Shown in pieces: positions 38,845-53,444 of a stretch of 64,000 nt of DNA (positions are counted from its first letter, which is position 1; each line of letters starts with the position of its first letter). The stretch covers positions 12,710,001 through 12,774,000 of the forward strand of contig OX597821.1 of the NCBI GenBank assembly GCA_951406725.2, written 5' to 3'. The position numbers were made by a program, and so were the translations under genes. Origin of the DNA: Octopus vulgaris (lineage: Eukaryota). A model generated the notes under the pieces. The model was not told the DNA's origin, made no database searches, and saw only the letters and a program-made list of their open reading frames with translations.

Positions 38845-40671
38845 TCTCGGCGTTGGATTTGTGAGGATTTGTCTCCCCGCTGGCAAACAAGCGTACATTC
38901 TGCACCAAAGATCTATATGTGTGCCACACCAAAATTCGTGTTATCCACGTTTAGCTGGGAATAAATGTTTAGCAGATATTTATAAATCAACCAGTATTGT
39001 ATACTATAGTAAAAATATGACATCAATAATTACAACATTAAAGGATAAATGTAATCTGGAATCTCTAAAGAAGAAACAGCTGCTGAATATAAGCAATTTT
39101 CGAAAAATCAACACAATATGGAACACAAATTTGTAAGATCATATCGTTGTAACAATGATATTTAATATTTCAAATTAGTAAAAATTCATTTTTAGAACGA
39201 TATATTTTTAAATAAATTGAATAACTTGCTAATAATTTATCTAATAAATTATATAAATTATAATCGTTATTATATTAATACTTTCAGCGAACGCTTTAAA
39301 TTATTCATTATCAAATACTTATTGAATGATTCTATGTTTATTTATAAATAGAACGTAAATAATCGACTGAAATGGAAATAGTATACTTACCTAGTATTAA
39401 ATAGAACAAATAAATAAACTCATACGCACAGCCACCATTTTATATATCTGTGCGCGCGCATGTGTGTGTGTGGATGTCTGTCTGTCTATGAATGTATGTA
39501 TATATATATTTTTTCTATATATGCACAGGTGATTATAGAAATACTAGAATAATTATTATGATCATTGTTCCGATTATACTTCCTTCCATACATACATACG
39601 TATATATATATATATATATATAAATATAAATATGTATATATACATATATATGCATGTATGTATATGTGCATTTATATAGGGCGATTTTCTTTTTTGTTTC
39701 TATCTCTCTTTATCTGACCTCTCGCTTTCTCTCTCCCTCTTTCTCTGACTTTATCTCTCTTTCTTTCTGTAAACACTCACACATGTATATACATATATAG
39801 AAATACACAAACACAACCACAAACACACACACACACACACAAACACAACACACACATCACATACTATTGTACGTAATTGACTAATGGTCCTATGTTTGTT
39901 TTAAAAATCAGGTTAGAATTTCATTTTCCTTTTAATGCTTTCATGAAAAGTATATCACTGAATTCGCAAAAATAATAATAAAAAAAACCCACTTATTATC
40001 CTATTTGAATTGGCGGAGAGAAAAACATTTCACCAGTTAGCAAGTGAATTATTACTAACTGTATGTTCAACGAAGTAATCAATAGAGACTCGTATGCAAA
40101 ACTCTTTCGAAAAGTTGCATTATATATACTTTTCAATTACATTTGTATCTAATTGAATCTATGATATTTCCTATAAAAATTAAAACACTGTTTTATTTAT
40201 AAATAACCACTAATTTTATAACTTTCACGTTTATAATTCATATGTACGCTTTTGAATATTGTAATATTGCTACTGTTCGAAAGGCCGTTACATCGAGATA
40301 ACATTTAAGTGCACATCTGTGAGTGGCGTGGGAAAGGTGGTGCATATGAAACTATGTAGGTATATGGATTGAAACAGAGAGAGGGAGAGGGAGAGGGATG
40401 GAGAGACAGAGATAGAAATAGAGAGACCCACTCACATATATCTATGTGTGAGGCAGAATCGGTAACACACCAGGCAAAATGCTTTGCAACATTTCGCCCA
40501 ACTTTACGCTCTTAGTTCAAATTCCACCGAGGTCGACTTTGGAGTTCATCCTTGTGGGGTTCATAAAATAAGAACCAATTATACACTGAGGTCGATGTAA
40601 TCAACTAGTCCCATGCTTAGAAATTGCTCACATTGTGCCCTGAAATTTCAAACCTATATATATATATATAT

Positions 40672-40866
40672 CATAATAGATCGTTAGCTCCTACACGCAT
40701 TTTTTTCTCTCCTTGTTTTTTTTTTCTGTGTATCTTTCTGTCGAAGAGCGTAGGTTCGAAACGTAAAAGACATTTTATATTTCTATTCCTGGGCGCTATA
40801 CTAATACATTTGTTTGTTTGTACTCCACCTGCCTTCGTCTTTTGTTTATTTTCGTAAACTTTCCCG

Positions 40867-40868
<2 letters not shown>
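40672..40868 (+). mobile_element. ~200-bp (TA)n-flanked element resembling a Penelope pLTR fragment
   Basis: Bounded by (TA)n on both sides; contains the minimal hammerhead at 40733-40770. Confidence 0.55.
40733..40770 (+). ncRNA. Minimal type I hammerhead variant (CUGUCGA core)
   Basis: tcttt-CTGTCGA-a-gagc-gtag-gttc-GAAACGTA-aaaga. Confidence 0.55.
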
Positions 40869-40899
<31 letters not shown>

Positions 40900-40902
<3 letters not shown>

Positions 40903-41110
40903 TTTACTCTTTTACTTGTTTCAATCATTTGACTGTGGCCATGCTGGAGCACCGACTATAGTCGAGCAAATCGACGCCAGAACATATTCTTTAGATGCCT
41001 AGTACTTATTCTACCGGTCTCTTCTGCCGAAACGCTAAGTTACAGGAACGTAAACACATTACCATCGGTTATCAGGCGATGTTGGGGGGACAAAGACAGA
41101 CACACAAACA
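40900..41110 (-). mobile_element. SINE family A, 3' half
   Basis: cttttactcttttacttgtttc..catgctggagcacc.. Confidence 0.85.
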
Positions 41111-41116
41111 CACACA

Positions 41117-41213
<97 letters not shown>

Positions 41214-41310
41214 TAATAATATCAGGGTAATAAATATTATAGAAATGTTTACTACCTGTGGCTTAGCTTGTAGAAAAATTAGTCAATAGACTATATATAC
41301 TTCATATAAA

Positions 41311-41628
41311 TACAGTGTACATTTAAACAAATAAGAGATATCCATCATAGGATTCTCTTCACGATAGAAGAAACCGCTAAAGTCCAAACTACTATTAGGG
41401 ATTAAAACTCGAAGGGAATGAAAAATAAAAACATTTACCATCTATCTCAGTCAGTTCAGTCAGATATCATCATTCTACTTCCGTTCCAGGAGATAGATGG
41501 TAAATGTTTTCATTTTTCATTCCCTTCGAGTTTTTAATCGCTAATAGTGGTTTGGACTTTAGCTGTTCCTTCTAGCGTGAAAGGAATCCTACGATGGATA
41601 CCTCTTATGTGTTTGAATGTACACTGTA
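41311..41628. mobile_element. Tc1-type fold-back MITE, ~138-bp TIRs and 41-bp spacer
   Basis: TA|CAGTGtacatt...catctatctc / gagatagatg...aatgtaCACTG|TA; about a dozen arm mismatches. Confidence 0.75.
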
Positions 41629-41689
41629 TATATATATATATATACATATATACAAGATTGATCGATCGATAGATAGATAGACAGATAGA

Positions 41690-42060
41690 TAGATACATAC
41701 ATATATGCATACATACATACATACATACATGCATGCATACATACATACATACATACATACATAAATACATACATACATACATACATACATACATGTATGC
41801 ATGCATGCATGCATACATACATACATACATACATACATTCATGCATACATACATACATACATACATACATACATACATACATGCATACATACATACATGC
41901 ATGCATACATACATACATACATACATGCATGCATGCATGCATGCATACATACATACATACATACATACATACATACATGCATGCATGCATGCATACATAC
42001 ATACATACATACATACATACATACATGCATACATACATACATGCATGCATACATACATAT
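41690..42060. repeat. (CATA)n/(CATG)n tetranucleotide array
   Basis: Direct reading. Confidence 0.95.
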
Positions 42061-42853
42061 TGGTAAATATACTGATAAGATGAGAGAGAGAAAAAAATGG
42101 AATGAGAGAGAAAAGAACTCAGAAATTGTGAAACATAGGGAGAGAGACATACATGCATACATATATACATATGTGCGCGTGCATGTGTGCTTGAAGGTGC
42201 ACGTCAATTTCAGCATGTATGATAAGAGGGGGGAGAGTGACTACGCACCTGATAACACTCTTCTTTTGCATACATATTCGCAGAAGTAGAATGATGAAAA
42301 TTGACTGAACATATTTTCACTTTCCATCTAACAATGCAATCAATTTTAATACACCCCCCACATACACACACACACGGATACACACACACGCGCACACGCA
42401 CACACACATACATACACAATATGTGTATGAAATGGCATTGGCGTTCGCTTTCCTACTCCCACAACTATGCTAATGCCTAATTCTAAATTCCTTTCCTCTT
42501 CCTCCCATCTCACTTTTTCTCTCTTTATCCATCTTTTGACTCGTTTCCCTATTTCCACTAAAACGCATACATGTATGAAAATGTATTGGCCTGACGTGAA
42601 TAAATGTGCGCTCGTTTGGGTATGTGTAGGCGTCTGCAGGCGTGCATGTGCATGTGTGTGTGTGTGTGTGCTTGTGTGTGTGTGTGTGTGTGCATGTGTT
42701 TGTGTGTGAATAGGTATAGTGAGATTGAGAGATAGATTGATACTCACACACCCACATCCATATATATGTATACAGCTACAAAATAGTCAATAGCACGACG
42801 GTATATATACACATGTGCATATGTGTAGCGTATGTATACAATTATATATATAT

Positions 42854-42904
<51 letters not shown>

Positions 42905-43160
42905 ATTGTTGATATCACTAGAATTCAAAAACTTCCGTGATAACGGGAAATCATTCATTTTTGAAATAGTCAATGTCTGTTTAAACTCTTTCTACCCAAA
43001 GAGGTTTCTCAACCCAATATATACAGACGGTTATTTATAAATTTACATGTGTGCTTCGAGATATACTATTCCAAATTACACACATATACACAAAAATACA
43101 CATACACATATGTACATAAATACACACACACACGCACATATATATACATCCTGTATATAT

Positions 43161-43205
<45 letters not shown>

Positions 43206-43979
43206 TTACATTATGTTTACACGGACATCTATACACAAACATATATATATATAATATATAATATATCATATATATATATATATATATACTTAAATTTGTG
43301 TTTACACTGACATCTATACACATATATATATAATATATAATTTATAATATATCATATATATATATATATATATATATATTATGTGTGTGTGTGTGTCTAT
43401 GTATGTACATATTATGTATCTATGTAGGTATCTATATGTATGTGTATATGTATTGAGTATGTATGCGATATGCCTGTGTATGTGGATACATATATCAGTA
43501 TCCCTCCTTTCACTGCGGTTTACCATATGCATTTAATGGCATATCTCTGATTATTAGCTTCAATATAAGCTCCACATTTTAGGTATTATCCCTGCTTCTT
43601 AGAAGAATGCTCATTTATCTTTCTGATCCTGTATATTTTATTGACAGGTGTGGTTAAAACTAGGATTGTAGGGCAATCTCAATATTTTTTTGGCGGGGGG
43701 ATGTATGATGTCTTTACATTCTTCTTTTTTTTATATTCTATGTCAACATCTTATCTTTTTATTTTAGTGGATGTAAAAAGCATTTTGACACTTCCTAGCT
43801 ATATACAGATAAGCGTAACGTAAAGTCTATGTATTTCTTTGTATTCATTTCTAACTGTTTTTCTCTTACATTTTTTTACATAAGTACGTACACGTACACA
43901 CAAAAACACGCACACTCACGCACATATACATATGTACTCACATATACATAAATACACGCATGCATATATACTCACATAC

Positions 43980-44042
<63 letters not shown>

Positions 44043-44657
44043 TCTAATTATATGTATGTATATATAGATATGGTTATCGATACAGAGATAGAGAAAAAGA
44101 AATATACATATATATATTTACATATATATATATATATATACATGAATGTAGATATATTATTGCATGTGTTTTTGTATATATATATATATACTCACACACA
44201 TACATACACAGGTATGGATATATATATATATATATATATTCACACACACATATGTATATATATATATATATATATATATGCATACATAGATAAACGTGTA
44301 TTAACATCATCATATATACATACATATGTCTGTATAATACTCTGTGTGTAGTATATATACATACTTAGTGTGCCATATATACCAAAGAAGTTAAATTTCT
44401 ATAGCATTTTATACATTTCTGAATATCGTGTGTATAAGTACATGCATTTGGCAATGTAAGAAACACGTGTGTGTAGGTGACGAATATATTATAGCCTTGA
44501 TATTTTCAATCAATATTTATGATCCCTAATTATAGGCTCCTGAACTAGAAGAACGACGCCCACGTTTATATAAACCAAACGTATCTACCTATACATTTTA
44601 CCGAAGATATTGATATGCACATATTCCTTTATGCATATTTATACCACTTGTGTATGC

Positions 44658-44702
<45 letters not shown>

Positions 44703-44945
44703 CATACATACATACATGTAGATATATACATATGTACATATGAATATAAATGTATAAAGGACAGTTTTTTAGCTTGTTAAAAAGAATAACAGATATAGGC
44801 ATAAATATCTGTACATGTGTGTCAACATCTCTTCTCTCATTCACTTTTCTCTCTGCATTTATATTGTAATGTAACATGGTGAAATATACATACATATCCA
44901 CACAAATACAAACATGCGTCCATTAATATATATATATATAGAGAG

Positions 44946-45002
<57 letters not shown>

Positions 45003-45016
45003 TTTACATTTATATG

Positions 45017-45017
45017 C

Positions 45018-45059
<42 letters not shown>

Positions 45060-45082
45060 ATATATATGTATATAAATATAAA

Positions 45083-45127
<45 letters not shown>

Positions 45128-45202
45128 ATATATATGTATATAAATATAAAAGTTTATATATATATATATATATATATCCATATATATGTATATAAATATA
45201 AA

Positions 45203-45233
<31 letters not shown>

Positions 45234-45235
45234 GT
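45017..45235. repeat. Compound minisatellite: three copies of tccatatatatgtatataaatataaaagttt, each separated by (TA)n of variable length
   Basis: Units start near 45057, 45125 and 45177. Confidence 0.9.
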
Positions 45236-48200
45236 CTGCATATATACAGATATATGTATATGTATTTTTGTACATATATGAGTGTGTATGTATTCATACG
45301 TGTTTACATATATATGTATATACACACAACACACGACTACACATGTGTGCATTATATATGTGCGTGTGAGAGGGAGCAGATATATAGGCCCGTATTTATT
45401 TTATTGAAAGAAAAGCAGTTAAATCCACTAATATATTTTAACGCTACAGTATTTTTATTCTTATTCATATTGTTTATTAGAATTCTCAGTATTATAGACT
45501 GGAATTGAAATATACGACGTGTACCAATTATTCCAAGAGCTCTACAATTGAGTTGGCAGACCCACCATCATAAAACCTGATTTGGAATTACCATATTCTG
45601 ACTTATATTGCTTCCATTATCTTTAATACTTTCTGTAAAGTAAAAGTTACTTTAAATTATCAACTAGATGTTATATATATTTACAGTTATTATCTTCACA
45701 ACTGGAATATTTTCCTAACTGATATTAGCTCCTTGCTGCGTGTGTGTGGTGGGTATGTGAGCTTACATGTGTGTGTTCGTGCGCGCACGGGAGCTTGCAT
45801 TCAATGTTACTGCGTATATTCAGCTGAAATAAAATTTCATTTCCCTCAGGTTTCACATAAGTAACGGTTACATTCATAATAATATAATCGATGTGGTAAA
45901 AAAGAAAAAAAAATGATTAAATACTTCTATATATTTAGTGATAGTAAGAAAGCTACTTTCATGACTGATTCGTGAACCACAAAATTTATTGAATATTAAT
46001 TCGCTTATGAGAATAACATATTGACAATCATCCCCGAATATTCCTTAAAAGATAAATTATGTTTGTTCTTTTGCTATTATTTTTTCTATTATAAATAATA
46101 TTTGCGTCACTAGCATAGGATATATATTTACCAATGCATGTTCTGTTTATTAATTTCTACTATATAAATCAATTTTTTCTACATATGTATATATATCTCA
46201 CGTAGCAGAAATTCTATGCGGTTGGTCATGATGCTTAAATACCTTACTTTGTTTTCTAATTTTAGATGAGAATATCACACACCTACAACTTTAAAAATAC
46301 AGTGTGGTTCGGCAAGTATATTCACTACAGAAAAAGCAGCACGATTGATATAAAAGCGATGGGTTTTAAATAATCGCAGATCAAGCACTGACGCCATGTC
46401 ACAAGAGCTGATTCTGACATCATGGAGTATCTTCAAAATGTATGAGGAGATAATGCTATCCTAATAGCATTCTGCTTTATCGAATGAGTACATAGAATGA
46501 TGAGATAGTTTGAAGTACCTGATAGTAAATAAACAACTGAAACAATACTTTTCTTTTTCTCTTTTCTTAGTCTGAAAAAAAAAAGCAGCATCGAGTCGAT
46601 CAAATCTAAAACAAAACACTATGTTTATAAATCTCGATATCGTAAGTTCAGTTCACCAATTCAGTCTGTTTGTTCCACTTCATTGCCCTCTGATTCACGA
46701 GAGAATCGTAGAAATAGTGTACTAAAATATACATTCCATCACATCTTGTCAGAAATGACTATCAGTAAAATAATGTGGTTTCATCACCAAACGAAACAAC
46801 TCGAGACTACGGACCTTATCCAGCCATCTTGTTTATGGTTCTACCATTAGGCTTACTGCAGGTGGCTCTTATTGTAGAGTCTGTCCTGCAATTCTTTCCT
46901 TGGTCATTCTCACCGCAAAATTAAACAAACGGACAAGCATAGGAGGGAACCGTTAAAAGTGGCAACTATCATCATTGTTTCTTTTTACTACAAACATCCC
47001 AATATAATGAATGAACAAAAGCCAAATAGCAACAAAAATTGCTACTATTATAGCACTTACGGGATGGTCCAAGTTTTAATTAATTAAGCTAGATAAATGG
47101 GATACAAAAATACTTCGCAACGAATACAAATCTGTATCATCGTTTAAGAAATGAAACAAAACCCTGGCCTCAGTTATTCGTTACTCACAAAGCCAAGAAC
47201 AGATAATTTCTAATCTTTAGCTGCGGTTTTCATATAAAATCTGATTTTCATGATTACGAAAGTATTCTTATCTGTTTTAGCAAGTGGGATGCAGATACAA
47301 GCTTATTGGACTCCATTAGCCCAATTTACATAATTACCAAAATTTAGCAAAGGCAAATATCGAAGGACAAATATTTTCCCTTAAGCGTGAAATTGAATTT
47401 CCAATGAAAATAATTCTTAATAGCTTTAGTTTCTCCTATTAAGAAATAGACTTCAATTCTTAAGGATATTTTTGACGATTGTTATACAATAGCTGTCTAA
47501 ATGTATGATACTGGCTCTAGAAGTATTTTACTTAGGTCAAGGTTTAAAACAATATATGTGATGTATGTGACTTCTAAATTGTGTAGTTTGGAAGAGAGGC
47601 AGAAGAGTAGAATTCAAAAGGAGTAATAGTAGAATCTGAGAAAGAGAAATCTAAATTAAAGGCTCTGGAATTTTAATATACGAAGGACTATGTTTCACCG
47701 AATACTGTTTTGAGTTCTACAAAGAAATTATTTTTGTGATATTCAAGAGAATAAAATCCTTCAAATAGTTCTCTGTCGCAAAATCACATTAAACAAAATT
47801 GCTCAATAAAGTTTTCAAAGCGGAACAATTTTACTTACATTTAAGTGTAAAATTTCATGTGAAATTAATCCACCAGTGACCCTTAAATATTTCAAATGAC
47901 CTAAAATACTCTAATCGAGCAGATTTTGTAGGTCGGCGTTCGTCATTTACAAGCACGTATCTGTGTAGTCGTGAGTAATATTTTTTTAAGAAGAAGCGTA
48001 GTTACCCGAGCATGAAATTCTTGTCACTGTACACCAATGACGTTTTCCTAAGATAATGCTGTTGCTTGACAGCCGATACAGCTTTGCACCAGTCTCATGG
48101 CAGGCATTGCTATCTGAACGCAGAGAGTGAGCGCAGATGCTATAAGGTATTTTGCCTAACTCTCTAACGCTTCTGAAAATCCATCAGCCTAGAGATTTTA

Positions 48201-48338
48201 ATGCTACTTTATATCTTACAAGATAAAAGATAAAGTAATTTACGTTCATTCTAAGATAGAAGAATTCAGGAAAAAAATCAGGAATAAAGTTCAGCTATTG
48301 ACTATATTACACATTTCTGTGATTAAATGATTTTAACT

Positions 48339-48725
48339 TTTTTACTCTTTTACTTGTTTCAGTCATTTGACTGCAGCCATGCTTGAGCACCGCCTTTTAG
48401 TCGAACAAATCTATCCCAGGACTTATTCTTTGGAAGCCTAGTACTTATTCTATCGGTCTTTCTTGCCAAACCGCTAAGTGGCGAGAACGTAAGCACATCA
48501 GCATCGGTTGTCAAGCGATGTTGGGGGGACAAACACAGACACAAAAACACACACACATATACATATATAGGACGGGCTTCTTTCCGTTTCCGTCATCCAA
48601 ATTCACTCACAAGGCTTTGGTGGGCCCGAGGCTATAGCAGAAGACACTTGCCCAAGATGCCACGCAGTGGGACTGAACCCGTAACCATGTGGTTCGTAAG
48701 TAAACCACTTACCAGTCCTGCGCCT
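48339..48725 (-). mobile_element. SINE family A, full length
   Basis: Reverse complement of the 33735-34135 type. Confidence 0.9.
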
Positions 48726-50270
48726 AGTGATTACTCAACGTTGGATGCCCTATTTTGGGAGGGTGTTTTCTGAAAAAGCTTTTGTCCATTGTCCACGAGG
48801 TCATTGTTGCCGGACAAATCGGATTCACTCAAACTGTTGTAAGTCATTAGCTGCAGAAGCTGCACAGGATGGGGTGAGGATCTTAGAATGCCCATTTAAT
48901 GATGAATTGAGATTGGCCTGGTGGTTATTGGTGAGTATGAAGGAATTGAACAGTATACGGGTACGAAGAGAAGTATCTGTGTTTGGAGCAAGACAGGCAG
49001 TTGCAAGGATCACAGGCAATTGTACGGCTAGAAGTGACTGCCTGAGATTACAGTTGGTTTGTAGGTCACAGGTCTGAATATATAAGTGAAGTACTTTATG
49101 CCAGTAAGCCGAGTGTCCTTTCTTTGGATGCTAATGGGCGTGACTGATATAGGAACATAACTGTATATATCACATCTAATAAATGTGATCGTTTACGAAT
49201 CGTTGAAGCTGAATGGTTCCGCAGATGAAGGCCATGTCTGTTATGTTGATGATATTTTCCCCCGAAAAGATCCTCAGTTATGGCGAAGCCTAACATTTAA
49301 ATACATCGTGAGCATATGCAATCATGCTGTACATTTGTAAATGGGGATTTGTGAGGCAATCATTCTTTCTTGATACGTGCAGTGATTGTTTTTTTTTTCT
49401 CTAGAAGGACGCGACATAAGTATGATCTATTATCGCATGTTCTTGTAATATCTTTGGAGTCAGTGTGGTTATAGTTTGGGATAGCACATGGATAACTCTT
49501 TGGTGAAGAATTTAAAGATGTGTAACGTATCATTAGCTTAGAAGAGTGCGTTGCTGGATGCCTCAGAAGAGTTTTTACTGTATAGGATGTACAGAAGTAG
49601 GGGACAGAACCGAAACCTGTGGGACTACAGATTCAACAGATTGTGATCCATAGAATATTGCACCGCTAGACGTCTCGTTTGTAATATTTAATACGAGTTC
49701 CAAGATACAAAAGACGGTTAAAGTCATCCGGTGGGGTGAGAAGTGTACAATTGGTTAATGATATTTTATGCCAAATATAAGGTGGTGAGCTGGCAGAATC
49801 GTTTCCACGCAGGCAAGATGCTTTTCGTCCGACTTTATGCCGATAAAATGAGCTTTCAACCCTACCCTGAAATAGCTGGAATTTTGACAAAATTTGAAAC
49901 CATTGTTTTATGTCAAATTAATGCAATATGTTGAGATAATTCCAAACAGATTCATTTTTAACAGTAAAGTCATATTTTGTATATACCTGCATGATAGCTT
50001 GACATGCAACTAAACCTGTTTTGCCGTTTATTTAGAACGGTTTTGTACCGACTTCTATCTTACGTTATTTAACTAATCCAGACATTTAACATTTAACTTT
50101 AATGGTAAGAGCCACATTAGTTTTTAACGGCTGAATTACTGCTATTCCAGTCACCATGGGAAGAATGGAGAAAGTTTCTCTCCAATAGAAAATTAGTAAA
50201 CAAGCAACATAGTCATTTCAGAACATCATATTAAACACTGGTAAAAGTAATTGCATTGTTGAATTTTAAG

Positions 50271-50653
50271 GAAGCACTCCGTCGGTTACGGCGACGAGGA
50301 TTCTGGGTTGATCCGAATCAACGGAACAGCCTGCTTGTGAAATTAACGTGTAAGTGGCTGAGCACTCCACAGTCACGTGTACCCTTAACGTAGTTCTCGG
50401 GGATATTCAGCGTGACACAGAGAGTGACAAGGCCGGCCCTCTGAAATACAAGTACAACAGAAACAGGAATTAAGAGTGAGAGAAAGTTGTGATGAAAGAG
50501 TACAGCAGGGATCACCACCATCCCCTGCCGGAGCCTCTTGGAGCTTTTAGGTGTTTTCGCTCAATAAACACTCACAACGCCCGGTCTGGGAATCGAAACC
50601 GTGATCCTATGACCACGAGTCCGCTGCCCTAACCATTGGGCCATTGCGCCTCC
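50271..50653 (-). mobile_element. SINE family D with tail 1, 12-bp TSD
   Basis: TSD cattgttgaatt at 50254-50265 and 50654-50665. Confidence 0.9.
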
Positions 50654-52325
50654 CATTGTTGAATTAACAAGTATATCAATGCTCCTATTTTACACACGCG
50701 CGCGCGCATCAGTATGTAAGTCTTACCTCTAATGATAACATAAATTGATAATGAGGATAGAATTGAATAGATTACTTTAAAAATGTATCCTAATTTCTTC
50801 CCGACGCTGAAGAGCATTGCGCTACAATCTGGCCATGGATCCTGACGTTTAAACTTCAAGACAAAACCTTTCCTTATCGTTTAGTTAGTGGGGGGAAAGG
50901 GTCGTCCTCATATCTTTTTTACAACCTCATACACTGGTGGATATAATTAAGGATTGTAGCTGCTAATCCGATTTCAAGCCCCGCTTCCAAGATAGATGCC
51001 CAGAGGTGGTGTTGAACCGGGCGATGGATTAAATCTACCTCCCAAATTCTAAACGGTGGGACTTGAAAACAGAACACAAGGAGCAGGGTAAACACTGAAA
51101 GTCATTTCGAATGTTCTTCTAACGTCTCTGCCAATTTTCCCTCAAGAAAGGTTTAGCCGATCCAAGGTTTAGTGTCTAATTCACTGTTTATACAAATTCG
51201 CACTTTAAATTTTAATTTCCTATTTGAAATCAGTTCATTTGGTTGATTAAAGTTCTTGGGAGTGGAATGCATATCTCATCTTCTGATGTTCTCTCCCCAT
51301 CAAGGAATGTAAATCTTATGCCGATGTAGGAAAAAATTATAGTTTTATTGTTGGTGACATTTTCGCATTTATTCATTATCAGTCTTCATTGTACATTTAT
51401 AGAGAATTTGTGAGAAATATTCTCCTAAACAACCCGACTTATTCTTTTCTGACAAGGCCTGTGTTCTGAAAAACTAAAAAATATTTCTATAGGCTTTTGA
51501 CCTTTGTTCTCAACTCTATTTTGGTTAAAGTTTTTTAACGTTTTCAAAAAAGAAAAGGAAAAACATTTCCTTTTGACCTGGGTAGTTTAATATTATCCTG
51601 GAATAAAAGTGTCGAGAAAGTTAGACGATATCTAATTGTCTCCTATTATTCTTTGAATAACGTTTGTTGATAAAAGGTCAAACTAAAAGAAAAGAATTCA
51701 CAGACTAAGTAGTATAACATTTAGAACGTAATAGTAAGAATTAAAAAAAAATTAAAGTAGAAACAAAAAAGAAAAACAGCTTTGGTAATACAATTATAAA
51801 AATAAAGGTAACTGAACGAGGGAATCTGATGCTTTATAAACAATACATGATCATTACATTGTTTGACGATTAAGTAGAGACTAATGTCCATATAGATATT
51901 ATATCCCTTTGTTAGTTGAATCGGTGCCCAAGTTCGTATCTCCTTACGAGCATTGTAAAACGCAAAATACAATTGAACTCAAGACTAGAGTAAATTTTAA
52001 GCTCTGTCGTGCAGCCTCGGATTCCTTTGGTAGTTTAGATGATTACAATGCAATATGTATCTTGTAAAATTTCCAGTGACCATGGCATCCATTCTCAGAT
52101 TTAAAAGAACTGCCCAAATAAGCAATGCAATCCATCCGGTGGATTGGAACTCAGGTAATTATCAGTTAATGATACATTGAGTTATCCACTTGTATCCCAA
52201 GCATCGGTGCCTATCATAAACATTGAGAGTGTAAGGTTTTGTAAGTCTACATGCTAGAGATGACAGTTTAATAACGTTAATACCACCAGTATCTATCTTA
52301 AAGAAGGAGGGGTTACATTTTATGA

Positions 52326-53444
52326 TACGAGGTCGTACCAAAAATATCGCACCAGGGATAGTTCTATAGCGCGCCAACAGATGGAAGCATACGGATGCAT
52401 GTGCAGTGAGAGCTAGTAGTGATCTTCATGAGGCTGTCCACCCAGGGACATTGTTCTGTTTACTTCGCAAATTGTGAAATTTGTGTTTTTGTGATCACGT
52501 GTATGCTGTAACCTGAATTATGTCATGGGCAGGAGCAAAAAGCCAACGTCAAATTTTGCGTTAAACTTGGGATGTCTGCTACAGTGATATTAAGCATGCT
52601 TCCACAATTTATGGTGACGAGGAAATGGGTCATACATAATGTTTCGAGTGGTACGGGCCCTTTCGAAGCAGAAGGTGGTTCCTGGATGACGATAAGTAAT
52701 CTGGAAGACATGCTACACGCGTCATTCTCGGAAATGTATTATTGTGCATCAAGAATTTGTACCCAGAGCCAGGCTATCAATCGAGTTCTACTTCGACGTT
52801 TTAAAGCGTTTGAGGGACGAAATTCGGCGAAAGCGACCGGATTTATGAAGCGCAAACAACCAGACTCTTCAACAAGATCTTCTCACTCATAAGTGTTTGC
52901 TAAAACAATATTGTATCGCTTTTGCACCCTCCCTATTCGCCAGATTTAGTACATGCGGACTTTCGTCTCTTGTCCAAGATGAAAGTGCAGCTCAACGGTT
53001 ACTATTTTAACACCAAGGTGGTGAGCTGGCAGAAATGTTAGCATGTCAGGTGAAATGCTTAGCGGTATTTCGTCTGTCTTTACGTTCTGAGTTCAAATTC
53101 CGCTGAGGTCGACTTTGCCTTTCATCCTTTCGGGGTCGATAAATTAAGTACCAGTTATGCACTGGAGTCGATGTAATTGACTTAATACCTATGTCTGTCC
53201 TTGTTTGTCCCCTCTATGTTTAGTCCCTTGTGGGTAATAAAGAAATAGGTTACTATTTTAACACCATTTTCGAGAACCAGCGCGAATCGCAGAAGATCTT
53301 CGACTCACCGGAATCCATAAGGCCGGATTCCATTAGTGGTAGGAACGCTGGAACTAGTTACTAGGAGATAATGTTAATTCTTTGGCAAATAAGTTATTTC
53401 TTACTAAACGTAAGTGGTCCGGAATGTTTTAATGCCAACTCGTG
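52326..53444 (+). mobile_element. Decayed mariner interrupted by a SINE
   Basis: tacgaggtcgtaccaaaaat ... gttttaatgccaactcgt; EQKANVKFCVKLGMSATVILSML; LHPPYSPDL. Confidence 0.85.
53015..53247 (+). mobile_element. SINE family B nested in the mariner, 19-bp TSD
   Basis: ggttactattttaacacca at 52997-53015 and 53248-53266. Confidence 0.9.

Larger units (their letters stand above)
38095..38970. mobile_element. Repeat family E cluster (direct and inverted units)
   Basis: Units at ~38100 and ~38460 (+) and ~38800-38970 (-), homologous to 9010-10180. Confidence 0.7.

Noticed and set aside
42930-42975. Possible decayed hammerhead (cgtgataa..gaaatagtc)
   Set aside because: Two core mismatches and no stem I pairing.
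46300-46460. Mariner-like peptide VLNNRRSSTDAMSQEL
   Set aside because: Too short and degraded, no TIRs found.
48730-49690. Possible LTR-retrotransposon relic
   Set aside because: Coding-like composition but no convincing motif; needs blastx.
51920-52320. Possible Helitron helicase relic (QLYFAFYNAR on the minus strand)
   Set aside because: Only one weak motif; the upstream AMTINKSQG motif is not recoverable by eye.
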